The notes under the pieces: model-generated
The model's input: only the letters and a program-made list of their open reading frames with translations
Databases searched by the model: none
What the model was told of the DNA's origin: nothing
Shown here: positions 33,633 through 44,389 of the stretch, piece by piece
How the letters are laid out: each line of letters starts with the position of its first letter
Position numbering within the stretch: the stretch's first letter is position 1
Position numbers and translations under genes: made by a program
Source: a virus
Direction: 5' to 3' (one strand)
Virus record (IMG/VR): IMGVR_UViG_3300022602_000058
Coordinates: 1 to 64,000 of that record
DNA: 64,000 nucleotides

Positions 33633-36119
33633 ATGGATGGTATAACATTTGACCAATTACAATCTGTTTTCGGTGATGTAGAGTCTGAACTAAAACAGAC
33701 AAGTAGTCTTTTGGAAAACATTCAAGGATTTCTTAATCAAAAACTTAAATCTTTTGATGAACCTCTTGAAAAGCTTAATCAAATTTCATCATATCTTAAA
33801 CAATTAAAAGAGCCAATTGATGTAAAAGAAATTGACAAACAAAAAGTTGTTAATAAAGAGACAAAACAAGACAAAGATAATACAGCTAAAAAAGGTAATT
33901 CGATATTTGATATTGAAGCAACTACAGCTTCAAAAGTTATTTCAGCTAGCGCAAAAGTTCTACCTGTACGTGTAGTTGATGATCCAAAGAAACATACCCA
34001 AGTCGACATTCTCATTCCACCTGTAACAAGAGTTTTTATCGAGAATTTGCTCGGCGATAATATAAAATTATTAACCGAATTTATTTCACATGAAACTGAT
34101 CGTTTAATTAAATCCCTAAGTAAGAAAGAAGAAAAAAAAGAAGAAAAGAAAAATTGGTTAGATAAACTTTTAGCGGGACTAATGGGTGCTGGTTTAATTG
34201 GTAAATTACTAGGTGGTCTATTAAAACCATTTGAATGGCTTGCAGGTAAACTTTTTAAGTTATTACCAACTATTCTCAAGGATCTCGGTAAGCTTGTAAT
34301 GCCCATTATACGTGGACTTCTCGGAGCTGTTGGCCCATTACTCGCCGGTGCAGGACTTGCTATAGCTGGTATTGCAACACTCTTAAGCGGTCTGAAAGAT
34401 TCTGGCCCATATAAGGGATTAAAAAAACTTCTTGGTAAAGGGCTTTTAAGTATAGGATCAGGAATTTTAAAAAAAGAATTTGGTAAATTGAGTAAACTTG
34501 CTTTCGATTCAGCTAAAAGTCTCTCAAAGGAAAGTAGAAAATTTGTTTTTGGTGCAATGAAAGGCTTAAAAGGTATTTTTAAATATATAGCTGAAGCACC
34601 TGGTAAACTTTTCGGTGGTATATCAAAGGCGATAAAGAATCTCTTCTCAGGAGGCGCTTTAAAGGAGGCTGGTGAAGTTGCAGCAAAAGGTGCTGGTAAA
34701 GGTGGGTTTAAGGCTATTTTGGGTAACGTTGGTAAATTTTTAAGTGAAAAAGTTCTCAAGCGCTTACCGTTTATTGGTACTCTTATTGGTTTAGGGTTTG
34801 CTTTTACACGTTTAATGAAAGGTGATGTTATAGGTGCTTTACTTGACGTTGCGTCAGCGCTTGCTACCTCTGTGCCTGTAGTTGGTACAGCTCTTTCTAT
34901 CGCTATTGATGTATTTAGCGCTGTAAGAGATACTCAGACAGGTGGATCTGAAAAGGCAGGTGCAGGAAATATGGAGTGGATAGAAGGTATGAAAAAGTGG
35001 ATCTGTGAACGTATTAAATATGTACCTGTTATTGGACCGTTAATTGATATGGTCAAGGCATTCGGTGACGGTAATTATCTCGATGCGTTAGGTTACCTTG
35101 CTAAAGCTGCTATACCTCCTCTCGGTATTCTTATTGATATATTGAACAATAAAGAAGCTGTTAGTAATAATATTGCTGACGCTGGTAACTGGGTTGCTGA
35201 TGCTACATCTTGGATATATAGTAAAGTAAAAGATATTCCAGTTATTGGCTCGTTAGTGAAAGCTGGTGAGGCCATTGCTGGAGGTAAATGGGGAGATGTA
35301 TTAGGGTATCTTGGCGAAGCTATTGAACCTCTACAATATATCGGTAAATTAATTGAAAGTGGAGCTGAAAATGTCGCACAAGCTGTTACTACCGGTGATT
35401 TTAGCAGTATTAAAACATTCTTTACAACCATTAAAGATAGTCTTATTAAAGCTGTACTAAATTTACTACCTGATGAAATTTTTGGTATTAGTGTACGGTC
35501 AAGAGTAGCAAAAATGTTAGGTATTACCGGGTACGGTGATGTTAAAGACGGTGATAGTGCTGCCCAAAGTACAAGTGGTCAACCTTCGCCAACAACATCT
35601 ACTAAAGCACCAAAGAAAGAAGAAAGTCACTGGTGGAATCGTTTTAGTAAAAAGACTAACGAAACAACTAATACCAGTGCAGCAAATACACCGCAAGCTA
35701 CAACACCGAATAATAACAACACAACACAGCCTAGTACAAGTACTGGTAACGTAGCACCTGTCACATCACAGCCTAATATAAATGCAAGCGAGTCATCAGC
35801 ACCTACTTTACCATTAGCTGTAAACATACAGCCTAGTGACCAGCCATTTGTACCTGATGCAAGTGATGATGATAAGGATGATACAGCAGATAGTATGAGC
35901 GATATGAGTGACTCATTAAGTGAGCATTCAAATCTCTTGAAAGGTTTAATTGAATATCAAAAACAAACTGCAGCTAATACAAAAGAATTAATACAAGCCT
36001 TCATGAAAAATCAAGGTAATAATAACAACGTAAACGTAAACAATGTTAATAGTTCTACAAATATTATATCAAGCCCGGTAACAAGTTCTATGTTCAGACA
36101 GGCTGTACTGCAACGATAG
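33633..36119 (+). CDS. Tail tape measure protein (gp29-like)
   Basis: Long Gly/Ala/Leu-rich amphipathic helical protein with repeated P(V/F)IG units, located in the tail module. Confidence 0.7.
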   Translation: MDGITFDQLQSVFGDVESELKQTSSLLENIQGFLNQKLKSFDEPLEKLNQISSYLKQLKEPIDVKEIDKQKVVNKETKQDKDNTAKKGNSIFDIEATTASKVISASAKVLPVRVVDDPKKHTQVDILIPPVTRVFIENLLGDNIKLLTEFISHETDRLIKSLSKKEEKKEEKKNWLDKLLAGLMGAGLIGKLLGGLLKPFEWLAGKLFKLLPTILKDLGKLVMPIIRGLLGAVGPLLAGAGLAIAGIATLLSGLKDSGPYKGLKKLLGKGLLSIGSGILKKEFGKLSKLAFDSAKSLSKESRKFVFGAMKGLKGIFKYIAEAPGKLFGGISKAIKNLFSGGALKEAGEVAAKGAGKGGFKAILGNVGKFLSEKVLKRLPFIGTLIGLGFAFTRLMKGDVIGALLDVASALATSVPVVGTALSIAIDVFSAVRDTQTGGSEKAGAGNMEWIEGMKKWICERIKYVPVIGPLIDMVKAFGDGNYLDALGYLAKAAIPPLGILIDILNNKEAVSNNIADAGNWVADATSWIYSKVKDIPVIGSLVKAGEAIAGGKWGDVLGYLGEAIEPLQYIGKLIESGAENVAQAVTTGDFSSIKTFFTTIKDSLIKAVLNLLPDEIFGISVRSRVAKMLGITGYGDVKDGDSAAQSTSGQPSPTTSTKAPKKEESHWWNRFSKKTNETTNTSAANTPQATTPNNNNTTQPSTSTGNVAPVTSQPNINASESSAPTLPLAVNIQPSDQPFVPDASDDDKDDTADSMSDMSDSLSEHSNLLKGLIEYQKQTAANTKELIQAFMKNQGNNNNVNVNNVNSSTNIISSPVTSSMFRQAVLQR

Positions 36120-36137
36120 AAGTAATTAAATAATAGT

Positions 36138-37475
36138 ATGCCAAATTTCCTCTGGGGATTCACAAATAATATTACGGGTGCAAGTGATGCATCACCTAAT
36201 AGCCTTGCTTTACCTGAAATAAAGCCAGCAGGTACAATAGCTAACGGCTTTAGCGTTAACACTATCAAGACACCAACAAGTCTTGTAAATGTTGTAAGAG
36301 ACTTTTATTGGACATATTCGCCAGTCGGTGATGTGGCGCGTGCTGAGGTGCCGAGAATTATTTTAACTGAACGTAAATTAAGAACAAATGCTCTAATAAG
36401 TCAATTAAAATACTCACTTGGCCAAGCTTTTAGTGGCGGTGCGCAGACATTACAGAATATACAGCAATTCGGTAATAACACCGGCGCAACAGCTGCGTTA
36501 CAGAGTGCAGGTCAGACTATAGGCAGTGGGTTAACAAAATTCATATCTGGGTTACAAAATACCTCAATAGGTCAAGCTGCTGGTAGTATTGCCCAGGGTG
36601 CCGGTACAGCAGTTACTGATGAAGCAAGCAAGGTTGGTGGTCAGATCGCCAATAATTCTGCATATCAACAAGGCCTTGGTGTAGCCAAAAATGCGTATGC
36701 ACAAGTTAGCGATGCGTTAGGTGCGACATTTGTAGATGATAATAATCCAACGGTCAATAGTAGTCCTTGGTTAGCGCCTTACAGAAATCTTTATTTAACA
36801 GACCCTACAGGATGGGTTTATGTACTACCATATTTTAGCAACAATCAAGCTAATCAATCTAATAATTTTTCTGATTCAGGTAATACCGGTGCTTTCTCGG
36901 ATAAGTTTCTTGGCCCTGCCGCGGGAATAGCAAATGAAGCTGCAGGTCTTATAGCTTCTATTAATAATCCAGCTCAAATTACATATATTGAAAAAGCTAA
37001 GTTTTATAATTATCCAACTGAAGGTGAAGACATAACAGTTGAATTTCCTTTGATTAATACCGGTAATGTATCATATGATGACGTAGTACGTAACTGGCAA
37101 TTTTTATTCCTTTTACTTTATCAAAACCGTCCAGGTAAAACAAGTCAAAATACAGTCGATCAACCTGTAATTTATCAAGTTGAAGTACCAGGTAATAAAT
37201 TCTTTCCATTCTGTTTTATTCAAAGCCTCAATATTGAATTCATGGGATCAAGACGCGAGATGAATATTACAGTACCATCTAATACATCTACATCTGCAGA
37301 CTTAGGACAAGTTGGACAGGCACTTGGTAATGCATCTAGCTCTGTATCGATTCCTGTAGTAATACCAGATGCTTACAAGGTAACAATAGCATTGAAGAGT
37401 ATGATTGCTAATTCAAAGAACTTTATGCAACATATGATTGGACCACATCAAATTGTAACAACAGGTACAGCGTAA
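36138..37475 (+). CDS. Baseplate tail-tube cap-like protein (gp48-like)
   Basis: Between tape measure and gene 53; C-terminal tube-fold features (VEFPLIN, FCFIQSLNIEF, IPDAYKVTI). Confidence 0.5.
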   Translation: MPNFLWGFTNNITGASDASPNSLALPEIKPAGTIANGFSVNTIKTPTSLVNVVRDFYWTYSPVGDVARAEVPRIILTERKLRTNALISQLKYSLGQAFSGGAQTLQNIQQFGNNTGATAALQSAGQTIGSGLTKFISGLQNTSIGQAAGSIAQGAGTAVTDEASKVGGQIANNSAYQQGLGVAKNAYAQVSDALGATFVDDNNPTVNSSPWLAPYRNLYLTDPTGWVYVLPYFSNNQANQSNNFSDSGNTGAFSDKFLGPAAGIANEAAGLIASINNPAQITYIEKAKFYNYPTEGEDITVEFPLINTGNVSYDDVVRNWQFLFLLLYQNRPGKTSQNTVDQPVIYQVEVPGNKFFPFCFIQSLNIEFMGSRREMNITVPSNTSTSADLGQVGQALGNASSSVSIPVVIPDAYKVTIALKSMIANSKNFMQHMIGPHQIVTTGTA

Positions 37476-37516
37476 GAGCTAAGTTGTGAAACCAGAATAG
37501 GTTCCTAAATACTTAC

Positions 37517-37924
37517 ATGGCAGGTTCAAATCAAAATATTACAGCTTTACAGCCCCTATCAACATATGGGCAATATCAGAATAATATTTCGTCATTACCT
37601 GAGCTTAATATCTATAGATACGAAAAGATATTAAAATTATATCAAACTGGTAATAATCAGTATTTTTATAATTTAGTACAGTCCTTATTTCTCCCTGATA
37701 AACTAGATAAACGTGCTTTATTTTATATTACAGTACAAGGACAACAACCCTGGACCACTGTAAGTTACAATGTATATAAAACAATTGAATTATGGTGGTT
37801 GATTTTATTAACTAATAAAATTTATAATCCTTTTGATATACCTAAAACAGGTACAGTTATAGCGGTAATTAAACCTCAATACGTACCTGATATCCTAAAG
37901 GAAATTAACGCCTCTCTACAATAA
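37517..37924 (+). CDS. gp53: Baseplate wedge protein with LysM-like domain
   Basis: WTTVSYNVYKTIELWWLILLTNKIYNPF. Confidence 0.75.
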   Translation: MAGSNQNITALQPLSTYGQYQNNISSLPELNIYRYEKILKLYQTGNNQYFYNLVQSLFLPDKLDKRALFYITVQGQQPWTTVSYNVYKTIELWWLILLTNKIYNPFDIPKTGTVIAVIKPQYVPDILKEINASLQ

Positions 37925-39696
37925 TGAGTACTAGTGTTACAGCGTATAATCACAGAATCAATAACAGTGACTATATTTTTAAAGTCACACTAGTGAGTGC
38001 TGCCGGTGGTAAGTCAAGAGCTCAAGATATTAAACCAACAGCTATTAAAGAATTGCTTATTAGTGACTCATTTAAAGACTTTTTTCAACAAGGTTATATT
38101 ATTATTAATAATTCCCAAGACGTCATAGAGCGCGATACACCTGATACCCAGCCTTATAATAAACCCGCGTACTATAATAACGCAGGTAGTACAACAAATG
38201 GTACAAACCCTGACGACCCAGACGGTGCTACAAGTAATGCTGACGCTGGGTTTTTATTCCGTGGTGAATCACGTGACATACTTCGTATTGATATTATGCC
38301 TAGACTTGATAACCCTACTATTGACAGTCTAGGTTCTGCTGAAGGTAGAAAATATTTTTATATAGGTGCAGATTTTGCTATCTACGACTCTGAAGAAATT
38401 ATAGGCGAATCACCAGGTCAAAAATATAAAAAATTATATTTTTGGGATTTATACTACCAGTTAATGCTTGAAAAGAATGTACAGTTCTCAACAGCAAATG
38501 TTGTTAATTATATAAATTCCACAACACCAGGGCTCACTACAACAACATCAAGTCCTTCAGCTACATTACCACAAAATGCTGATAATAGCGACCGTGCTGT
38601 AACAACAGGAACAGCCTTAAAAGAATTTCTTAAAGCGGCTTTTCCGGATAATGAGAAATATCCTATTAGTTTTTCTGTTACAATACCAGGTGTTGATAAT
38701 ACACAAGGATTATCACAGCAAGATCAAGATCAACAAAATATTGACTGGGACTTAGGTGGTACTAACTTATTTTTTTCAACACCAGCAAACTTTAAAGCTA
38801 TTGATTGCGTAAAATATATCATGCAGCGACACGTCTCAAATTCCAATTCAAATTTTGACCAATGTTTCTTACGGTTAACAGGCGATAAAAGAGAATTTAC
38901 ATTTAAGAGTTTGACACAGTATTTTAAGCAAGCATATAATCCTGAAACCGATACACCTGGTGATTACTATTTAGAAACAGTTAAGATTGGTGGTAATACC
39001 CAACAAGACGGTAAGAGTAATGTAGCACCTTATTTCACACCTAGTACAGGCGTTTATTTTGAACGCATCGGTACCATCAAAAGTTTTTCTTTTGATAATA
39101 TAGCAGGCATTCATGCACAACAGAGACTAGTACCGACATTTGTACATAGTTACGATACCCAAAATAAACAGTTCAATATAGATATTGAACGCAACGGTAT
39201 TGAACAAGCGATGAAAACATATCAGCAGAACTATATTAATCATATGAATAGTTCTTCTGAAGAACCTGCATTTACAAACTTCGCACCTGGTCAATTAAGA
39301 TATCAAAATAAAAATGTGCAGAACGTATTCTCTGTATCAGAACAAGATCCTGATCAGCGGTTAGCTTGGGGACGAAATGAATTCTTATACGCGAGTATTT
39401 TTACTAATAATTTGATCTCATTCCGTCTTCCTGGTTCAACACATCGTGAAGCAGGCTCATTTATAGGCATAGATAGAGATGGTGCAATACCAAATAGTAA
39501 ATTCGATAATAAATTATTAGGTATCTATTTTATTGTTGAAGTGAAACATTCTTTTACCGGTAATGAATACTTTAATGATCTTTACTGTATCAAAGTTTAT
39601 AACTTTAAACAGCTCGATGATACATATACTGGTAATGAGAAAACTACTACCGGTGATAGCTTACAATTGAAAGGATTAGTGTCAAACGGTTTATAA
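37924..39696 (+). CDS. Baseplate hub protein (gp27-like)
   Basis: Follows gene 53; C-terminal LPGSTHREAGSFI...LLGIYFIVEVKHSF typical of hub proteins. Confidence 0.55.
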   Translation: MSTSVTAYNHRINNSDYIFKVTLVSAAGGKSRAQDIKPTAIKELLISDSFKDFFQQGYIIINNSQDVIERDTPDTQPYNKPAYYNNAGSTTNGTNPDDPDGATSNADAGFLFRGESRDILRIDIMPRLDNPTIDSLGSAEGRKYFYIGADFAIYDSEEIIGESPGQKYKKLYFWDLYYQLMLEKNVQFSTANVVNYINSTTPGLTTTTSSPSATLPQNADNSDRAVTTGTALKEFLKAAFPDNEKYPISFSVTIPGVDNTQGLSQQDQDQQNIDWDLGGTNLFFSTPANFKAIDCVKYIMQRHVSNSNSNFDQCFLRLTGDKREFTFKSLTQYFKQAYNPETDTPGDYYLETVKIGGNTQQDGKSNVAPYFTPSTGVYFERIGTIKSFSFDNIAGIHAQQRLVPTFVHSYDTQNKQFNIDIERNGIEQAMKTYQQNYINHMNSSSEEPAFTNFAPGQLRYQNKNVQNVFSVSEQDPDQRLAWGRNEFLYASIFTNNLISFRLPGSTHREAGSFIGIDRDGAIPNSKFDNKLLGIYFIVEVKHSFTGNEYFNDLYCIKVYNFKQLDDTYTGNEKTTTGDSLQLKGLVSNGL

Positions 39697-39699
39697 AAA

Positions 39700-41298
39700 A
39701 TGAGTACGCCTAATACAACAAGAAAGCCTGATACAAATATTATAACTATAGCACCGTATATAGCTGATATTGATCTAGCAGATTCGTACGATCAACTCGT
39801 TAGTACAACTAATACATCGTTAAGTTCTGTATTACCTGCAGATGTACTACCACCTGTAGAGCTACAAGCTACAGTAGATTATAGAAATTCATTTAAACAA
39901 GGCGATACAATAACTGCTGTAAATCAATTTTTTAAAAATTTAACCACAACATCCTTCAAGCAGCCAGACTTTTCACTTGACGCTATACTTTACTGGTACC
40001 AGAAATCGACATATAGTAATAAGGAAATAACATCGTATAAATCACAAAATAGTTTTAATAATCAAAATATCTTATTAAATCAAATTCCAGGTGCAGCTGC
40101 TTTTGCGCAGAATATTGTCAACGATGCAAACGCTACAACCAGTTATTTTGATATTGTGAGTGATAGCATCGGTGTTATTGCTAATTCAAAATTTATACAA
40201 CTTGATAGTACTTTACCGCTTTTTGATGTCGATCAAAAATATTATGGTGTACCAATTCCTATAGCCGCATCAACGGATAATAAGATTAGCGCTAATACAA
40301 GAAATGTAATGTATAATTTAAGCCAAAAAACAACAATGATTATGAAGCGTAACTTACTAAACATTGGCTATACAAATACTTTACTACAGCAAAATCTTGC
40401 AGCTGACGCTACAACTTCACATGGATTAAATCTTATTAACGACTTACCAACATTTGTTAATATCAATAAAAAACTCGAGCAATTCAAATCAGCTCTTGCA
40501 GCAGTTTATGCGCAATTAAAAACATTTAGTTTTGTACAGTATCTTAATAATATCGGTAATACCACAGCTCTCAACTTACGTGATATCTTCCCAGTAGCAG
40601 CAGGTGATCGTGAATTTACAGTTGTAACATCACAACAAAATGCACAGGCATCAGTAGCTGAAGCCCAGCAAATACAATCAGATGCAACTGCCGCCGCTAC
40701 ATTAGCACAGCAACAATATCAAACATCAGTAAGTAGCGGTAATGCCGCTTTTGGTAATCCTAACGTTTTTGTACCAGGGCCTGCTGTAACAGCGACAGGT
40801 TCATCTTCTGTCGCGCCTGTTGGTGAGAAGCCTGGTTATACTATTATAAACCAAGGCGATAAACAGTATATATCTCAGCAAGATCTTTACAATATTAACA
40901 AATACAACGTTGAAAATTCCGGCCTTGTAGGTTATGTACCTACTGACGGTGCTAAGTATGGTATTACAACAGGATCTGCTGATGAGTGGGCAAATTATTT
41001 TACCAACTACGCTCCTAACGAATCTGCAACAACAAGTAATGGATTAATACAAGTTAATGAAAGCTTCACTGAAAGTAATGGTCAAATATCAGCAGGTGTA
41101 TTTAGTATGAGTGTTGGTGAAGAAGGACTCACATCGACATCAATAAATGACCCTGCAGCGAACTCAGCCGCTGCTATTCAAACATCAGCAAATCTTATTA
41201 AACGAGATGGTGTTATTGCTGCACAATCACCATCAGGCAAATGGCAGGGTATGGCGGCATATTTTGGCCCGTTGAGGAGGGGCGCAGGACAAGTATAA
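39700..41298 (+). CDS. Virion protein with C-terminal lytic transglycosylase-like domain
   Basis: WANYF...NES, SAGVFSMS, DPAANSAAA, AAYFGPLRR in the last ~130 aa. Confidence 0.55.
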   Translation: MSTPNTTRKPDTNIITIAPYIADIDLADSYDQLVSTTNTSLSSVLPADVLPPVELQATVDYRNSFKQGDTITAVNQFFKNLTTTSFKQPDFSLDAILYWYQKSTYSNKEITSYKSQNSFNNQNILLNQIPGAAAFAQNIVNDANATTSYFDIVSDSIGVIANSKFIQLDSTLPLFDVDQKYYGVPIPIAASTDNKISANTRNVMYNLSQKTTMIMKRNLLNIGYTNTLLQQNLAADATTSHGLNLINDLPTFVNINKKLEQFKSALAAVYAQLKTFSFVQYLNNIGNTTALNLRDIFPVAAGDREFTVVTSQQNAQASVAEAQQIQSDATAAATLAQQQYQTSVSSGNAAFGNPNVFVPGPAVTATGSSSVAPVGEKPGYTIINQGDKQYISQQDLYNINKYNVENSGLVGYVPTDGAKYGITTGSADEWANYFTNYAPNESATTSNGLIQVNESFTESNGQISAGVFSMSVGEEGLTSTSINDPAANSAAAIQTSANLIKRDGVIAAQSPSGKWQGMAAYFGPLRRGAGQV

Positions 41299-41302
41299 TC
41301 TT

Positions 41303-42487
41303 ATGGCAACGTCACCATTCATACAAGGTAACTTAAGTTACCTTAATAATTATGATAATAATATAGCACAGCCTGGTATTACACCTAATCCGTACGGGGT
41401 ATTATCACCTGCTGCACAATCTCTTACAGCCCCTAACCCACAAGCTAGTACTCTAACTAGTTCGACAGGTGCCGATGCTCTAATGAGTAAGGCAAAAGGA
41501 GACTACAGTAATAAACAATTTATAGCACCTTTTTCTTATACACAAAATGTTGAAGGTACAATGATACAAGTTGATTATCTCGGCAAAAAAGTTAAAACGA
41601 ATAGTTCAGCATCTTTTAGATCTATTGTATCTCTTTCGGCAACCGCTCTACCAATAACGTTAATTAATGATCCTAATGATAATAACCCTGACAGAGTAAT
41701 AAAAACATTTAACCCGTCGACATTTACCGGATCACCAACTAAAAACGTAGCAACACAAATCTTTGGTACCGGTACAAGCGCTGTCACACAAAGCTTAGCA
41801 GGAAGAACACAGCAATTTTCTAGTCTTATACAGCAACCTACAGGTCAGCTCTTCAGCAATCTAGCTGCTAGTGGACCTGCTGCAATATCAGGACAATTAC
41901 AGAATCTAATACCTTTCTCTAACATTAATCAATCGATCGCAAATCTTCCAGGTTTTAGTGTTGTTACAAACGCATTAGGTCAACTACCTGGCGGAAGTAA
42001 TATTGCCGGTGCACTTACACATCCAGTTGGAGCTGCATCCGGTTTAATACAACAAACATTATCTGATAGCATACAGCTTCAAGGTGGTTTACCTTCAGTA
42101 TCTCTTGGATCACTCGGTGATGTATTTAGCTTTGCAGCAAATATCGCTAGCTCCGGGCCTCCAACAAGTCTTACAGGTATCATCTCTCTTGAAAAACAAA
42201 TTAAATCAATTGTATGTAATTTTACATTACCAATTATTAATATACCACCTTACGACGCTATTCTTAAATTTACCTTTCCTAAGCCACAAGATATCTTTAA
42301 GCAAGTCAAGAAGCAGTTTGACGATCTTAAAGCAAATATCATTAATCAGTTCGATATTGTTAAACAGCTTAACAATATTCTACCAGATCCGCACGAAATC
42401 TATGAAGCTGTCATTAAGGAAATTACTACCTGTGATAAAAAACCGAGTAATGCTAATAATGCAAAGAACGGTAAAGCAGGCGGTTAA
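41303..42487 (+). CDS. Hypothetical virion/baseplate protein
   Basis: Co-directional in the tail module, Ser/Thr/Gly/Gln-rich. Confidence 0.5.
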   Translation: MATSPFIQGNLSYLNNYDNNIAQPGITPNPYGVLSPAAQSLTAPNPQASTLTSSTGADALMSKAKGDYSNKQFIAPFSYTQNVEGTMIQVDYLGKKVKTNSSASFRSIVSLSATALPITLINDPNDNNPDRVIKTFNPSTFTGSPTKNVATQIFGTGTSAVTQSLAGRTQQFSSLIQQPTGQLFSNLAASGPAAISGQLQNLIPFSNINQSIANLPGFSVVTNALGQLPGGSNIAGALTHPVGAASGLIQQTLSDSIQLQGGLPSVSLGSLGDVFSFAANIASSGPPTSLTGIISLEKQIKSIVCNFTLPIINIPPYDAILKFTFPKPQDIFKQVKKQFDDLKANIINQFDIVKQLNNILPDPHEIYEAVIKEITTCDKKPSNANNAKNGKAGG

Positions 42488-42951
42488 CCTATACGTCTAT
42501 CCTCAACAATCTCTGCTTCAATTGGCTTAGCTTTATCAATAAGCATTTTAAAAATTTCTTCTCTTGTAGCAAGTTGTTTATGCTCTATATTAGTCTGTTG
42601 AAGTTCTTTCTTTGATGATATATCCATTTCCTTAAGCTTTACAGAAGTGTTTGAGCGCTTATCGGCGATAGTAAGTTGATTGAGCGAATCAATAGCAGAT
42701 GAAGCAGCCTTTATTAAACCTGCATATGCTTCAACATCTTCAGCGTTAGGTGCAGAAATAATAAAATCCTTGACAGTAGCTACCATGTCGAGCGCATCCT
42801 CAACTAGAGATGCACCTCTCTCTATGGTAAACTTCTCTAATTCTTCTTTTGTAACAGGATTTCTTTCTTTTTTTACTTGCTCTACTTTTGTGCTAACTGC
42901 TTGAAGCTGGTCTAGTAACGTACCTACCTCATTATTTAACTCATCATCCAT
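42484..42951 (-). CDS. gp16: Terminase small subunit-like protein
   Basis: 155 aa helical; APNAEDVEAYAGLIKA and ATREEIFKML parallel the gp16 pattern (HPRAYEV..LIK, GST.ELQK.L); TAAGTA upstream. Confidence 0.6.
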   Translation of the reverse strand: MDDELNNEVGTLLDQLQAVSTKVEQVKKERNPVTKEELEKFTIERGASLVEDALDMVATVKDFIISAPNAEDVEAYAGLIKAASSAIDSLNQLTIADKRSNTSVKLKEMDISSKKELQQTNIEHKQLATREEIFKMLIDKAKPIEAEIVEDRRIG

Positions 42952-43010
42952 ATTCGTAGATATACTTATTCAGGGTTGATTTTAAATAAAGGTATAATAA
43001 TATTGTTTAT

Positions 43011-43457
43011 ATGGATCCTAATATTCAATATCTTCCAATTTTAAAGTTTGAAAAAACACACGAGTTAGCTAAGCTACCGACAAAGAACCATGAATCAGAT
43101 ACAGGTTATGATGTTTATAGTGTAGAAGATGTTACTGTACCAGCTAGAGGCAGTGCTGTTGTACCAGTAGGATTGAAATTTGCTTATATCCCAGAAGGTT
43201 ACTGGATTAAGGTAGAGTCAAGAAGCGGTTTAGGATTTAAGCATGGTATTTCAGCTCATCCAGGTATTATTGATAATGCTTACCGTGGTGATGCTGGCAT
43301 TAAATTATACAACAATACAGATGTTGACTATAACATAAAATCTGGTGATAGAATTGCTCAATTTGTAATTTATTTAAATATCCATATGCCTGTTGAATGG
43401 GGTATAGCAGGTGAGACAGAAAGAGGTAGTAAGGGATTTGGTTCATCTGGTAAATAA
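43011..43457 (+). CDS. dut: Trimeric dUTPase
   Basis: TGYDV, SRSGLG, GIIDNAYRG, GDRIAQ, RGSKGFGSSG. Confidence 0.95.
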   Translation: MDPNIQYLPILKFEKTHELAKLPTKNHESDTGYDVYSVEDVTVPARGSAVVPVGLKFAYIPEGYWIKVESRSGLGFKHGISAHPGIIDNAYRGDAGIKLYNNTDVDYNIKSGDRIAQFVIYLNIHMPVEWGIAGETERGSKGFGSSGK

Positions 43458-44389
43458 TGAATTACGATTTTTCTAATCTCTGGGTCGAGCGTTATAGGCC
43501 GTCAAAGCTTGACGACTTTATTAGCTCATCTTTTATAAAAGAGTCTCTTATATCCTTTAAAAATAAGGAAGAGATTCCAAACTTGCTTTTTACAGGCGCA
43601 GCTGGTATTGGTAAAACATCTGCAGCAAAGATTATTGTAAACGATATTCTTGAATGTCAATATCTTTATATTAATGCTTCAGATGAAAATGGCATTGATA
43701 CAATCAGGCACAAAGTTGTAAACTTTGCACAAACCATGAGTATAGATGGTAAGATTAAAGTCATTATTCTCGATGAGTGTGATGGTCTATCTATTGACGC
43801 ACAACGTGCACTTAGAAACACAATGGAAGAGTTTGCAGGCATTACTCGTTTTATTCTTACAGCAAACTACAAATATAAAATTATACCCGCTCTACAGAGT
43901 AGATGCCAGAGCTTTGATCTAACACCACCGCTTGACCTTGCCGTAAAAAGATGTGCAAGTATTCTTAAGAAAGAAAATATTACTGTGCCTGATGAACAGC
44001 GTGTAAAGCTTGTTGAATTTATTAAAGGTACATACCCTGATCTTCGCAAATGCATTAATGAGCTACAGAAATATTCTTCTTCTGGTACTCTCGTATTAGC
44101 AGATGTTAAAAACAATAAAGTTCTTGAACTTATCTTTAATGAAGTAAAGAAAAAAAATGTTGAATCTCTTCGTAAAGCACTGATTGAAAGTGAGCAATTG
44201 TTTAACGCTGATTATACTTCTCTTTTACGTAATCTTTTCAATTACATAGACGAGAGCGAAACAAATACTGATTTAAAACGATTCTATCTGCTTACTATAT
44301 CTGAATATCTATACAGGGACGCGTTTGTTGTTGACAAGGAAATTAATTGTTACGCTTGTTTAATTCAGTTATCTGAAATTAAACTTTAG
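43457..44389 (+). CDS. gp44: Clamp loader AAA+ subunit (RFC-like)
   Basis: LWVERYRP, GAAGIGKT, INASDENG, ILDECD, AQRALRNTME, LQSRC, PDLRKCINELQ. Confidence 0.92.
   Translation: MNYDFSNLWVERYRPSKLDDFISSSFIKESLISFKNKEEIPNLLFTGAAGIGKTSAAKIIVNDILECQYLYINASDENGIDTIRHKVVNFAQTMSIDGKIKVIILDECDGLSIDAQRALRNTMEEFAGITRFILTANYKYKIIPALQSRCQSFDLTPPLDLAVKRCASILKKENITVPDEQRVKLVEFIKGTYPDLRKCINELQKYSSSGTLVLADVKNNKVLELIFNEVKKKNVESLRKALIESEQLFNADYTSLLRNLFNYIDESETNTDLKRFYLLTISEYLYRDAFVVDKEINCYACLIQLSEIKL

Noticed and set aside
33779-34759. 326-aa antisense ORF inside the tape measure gene
   Set aside because: Shadow frame arising from biased Gly/Lys/Leu codons; no motif or promoter. Other short antisense or alternate-frame ORFs in the track (for example 9810, 17103, 42084, 60672) were rejected likewise.
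39700-42487. The two ORFs as halves of one ancestral gene split by the transglycosylase domain
   Set aside because: Plausible from the layout but cannot be supported without homologue alignments.
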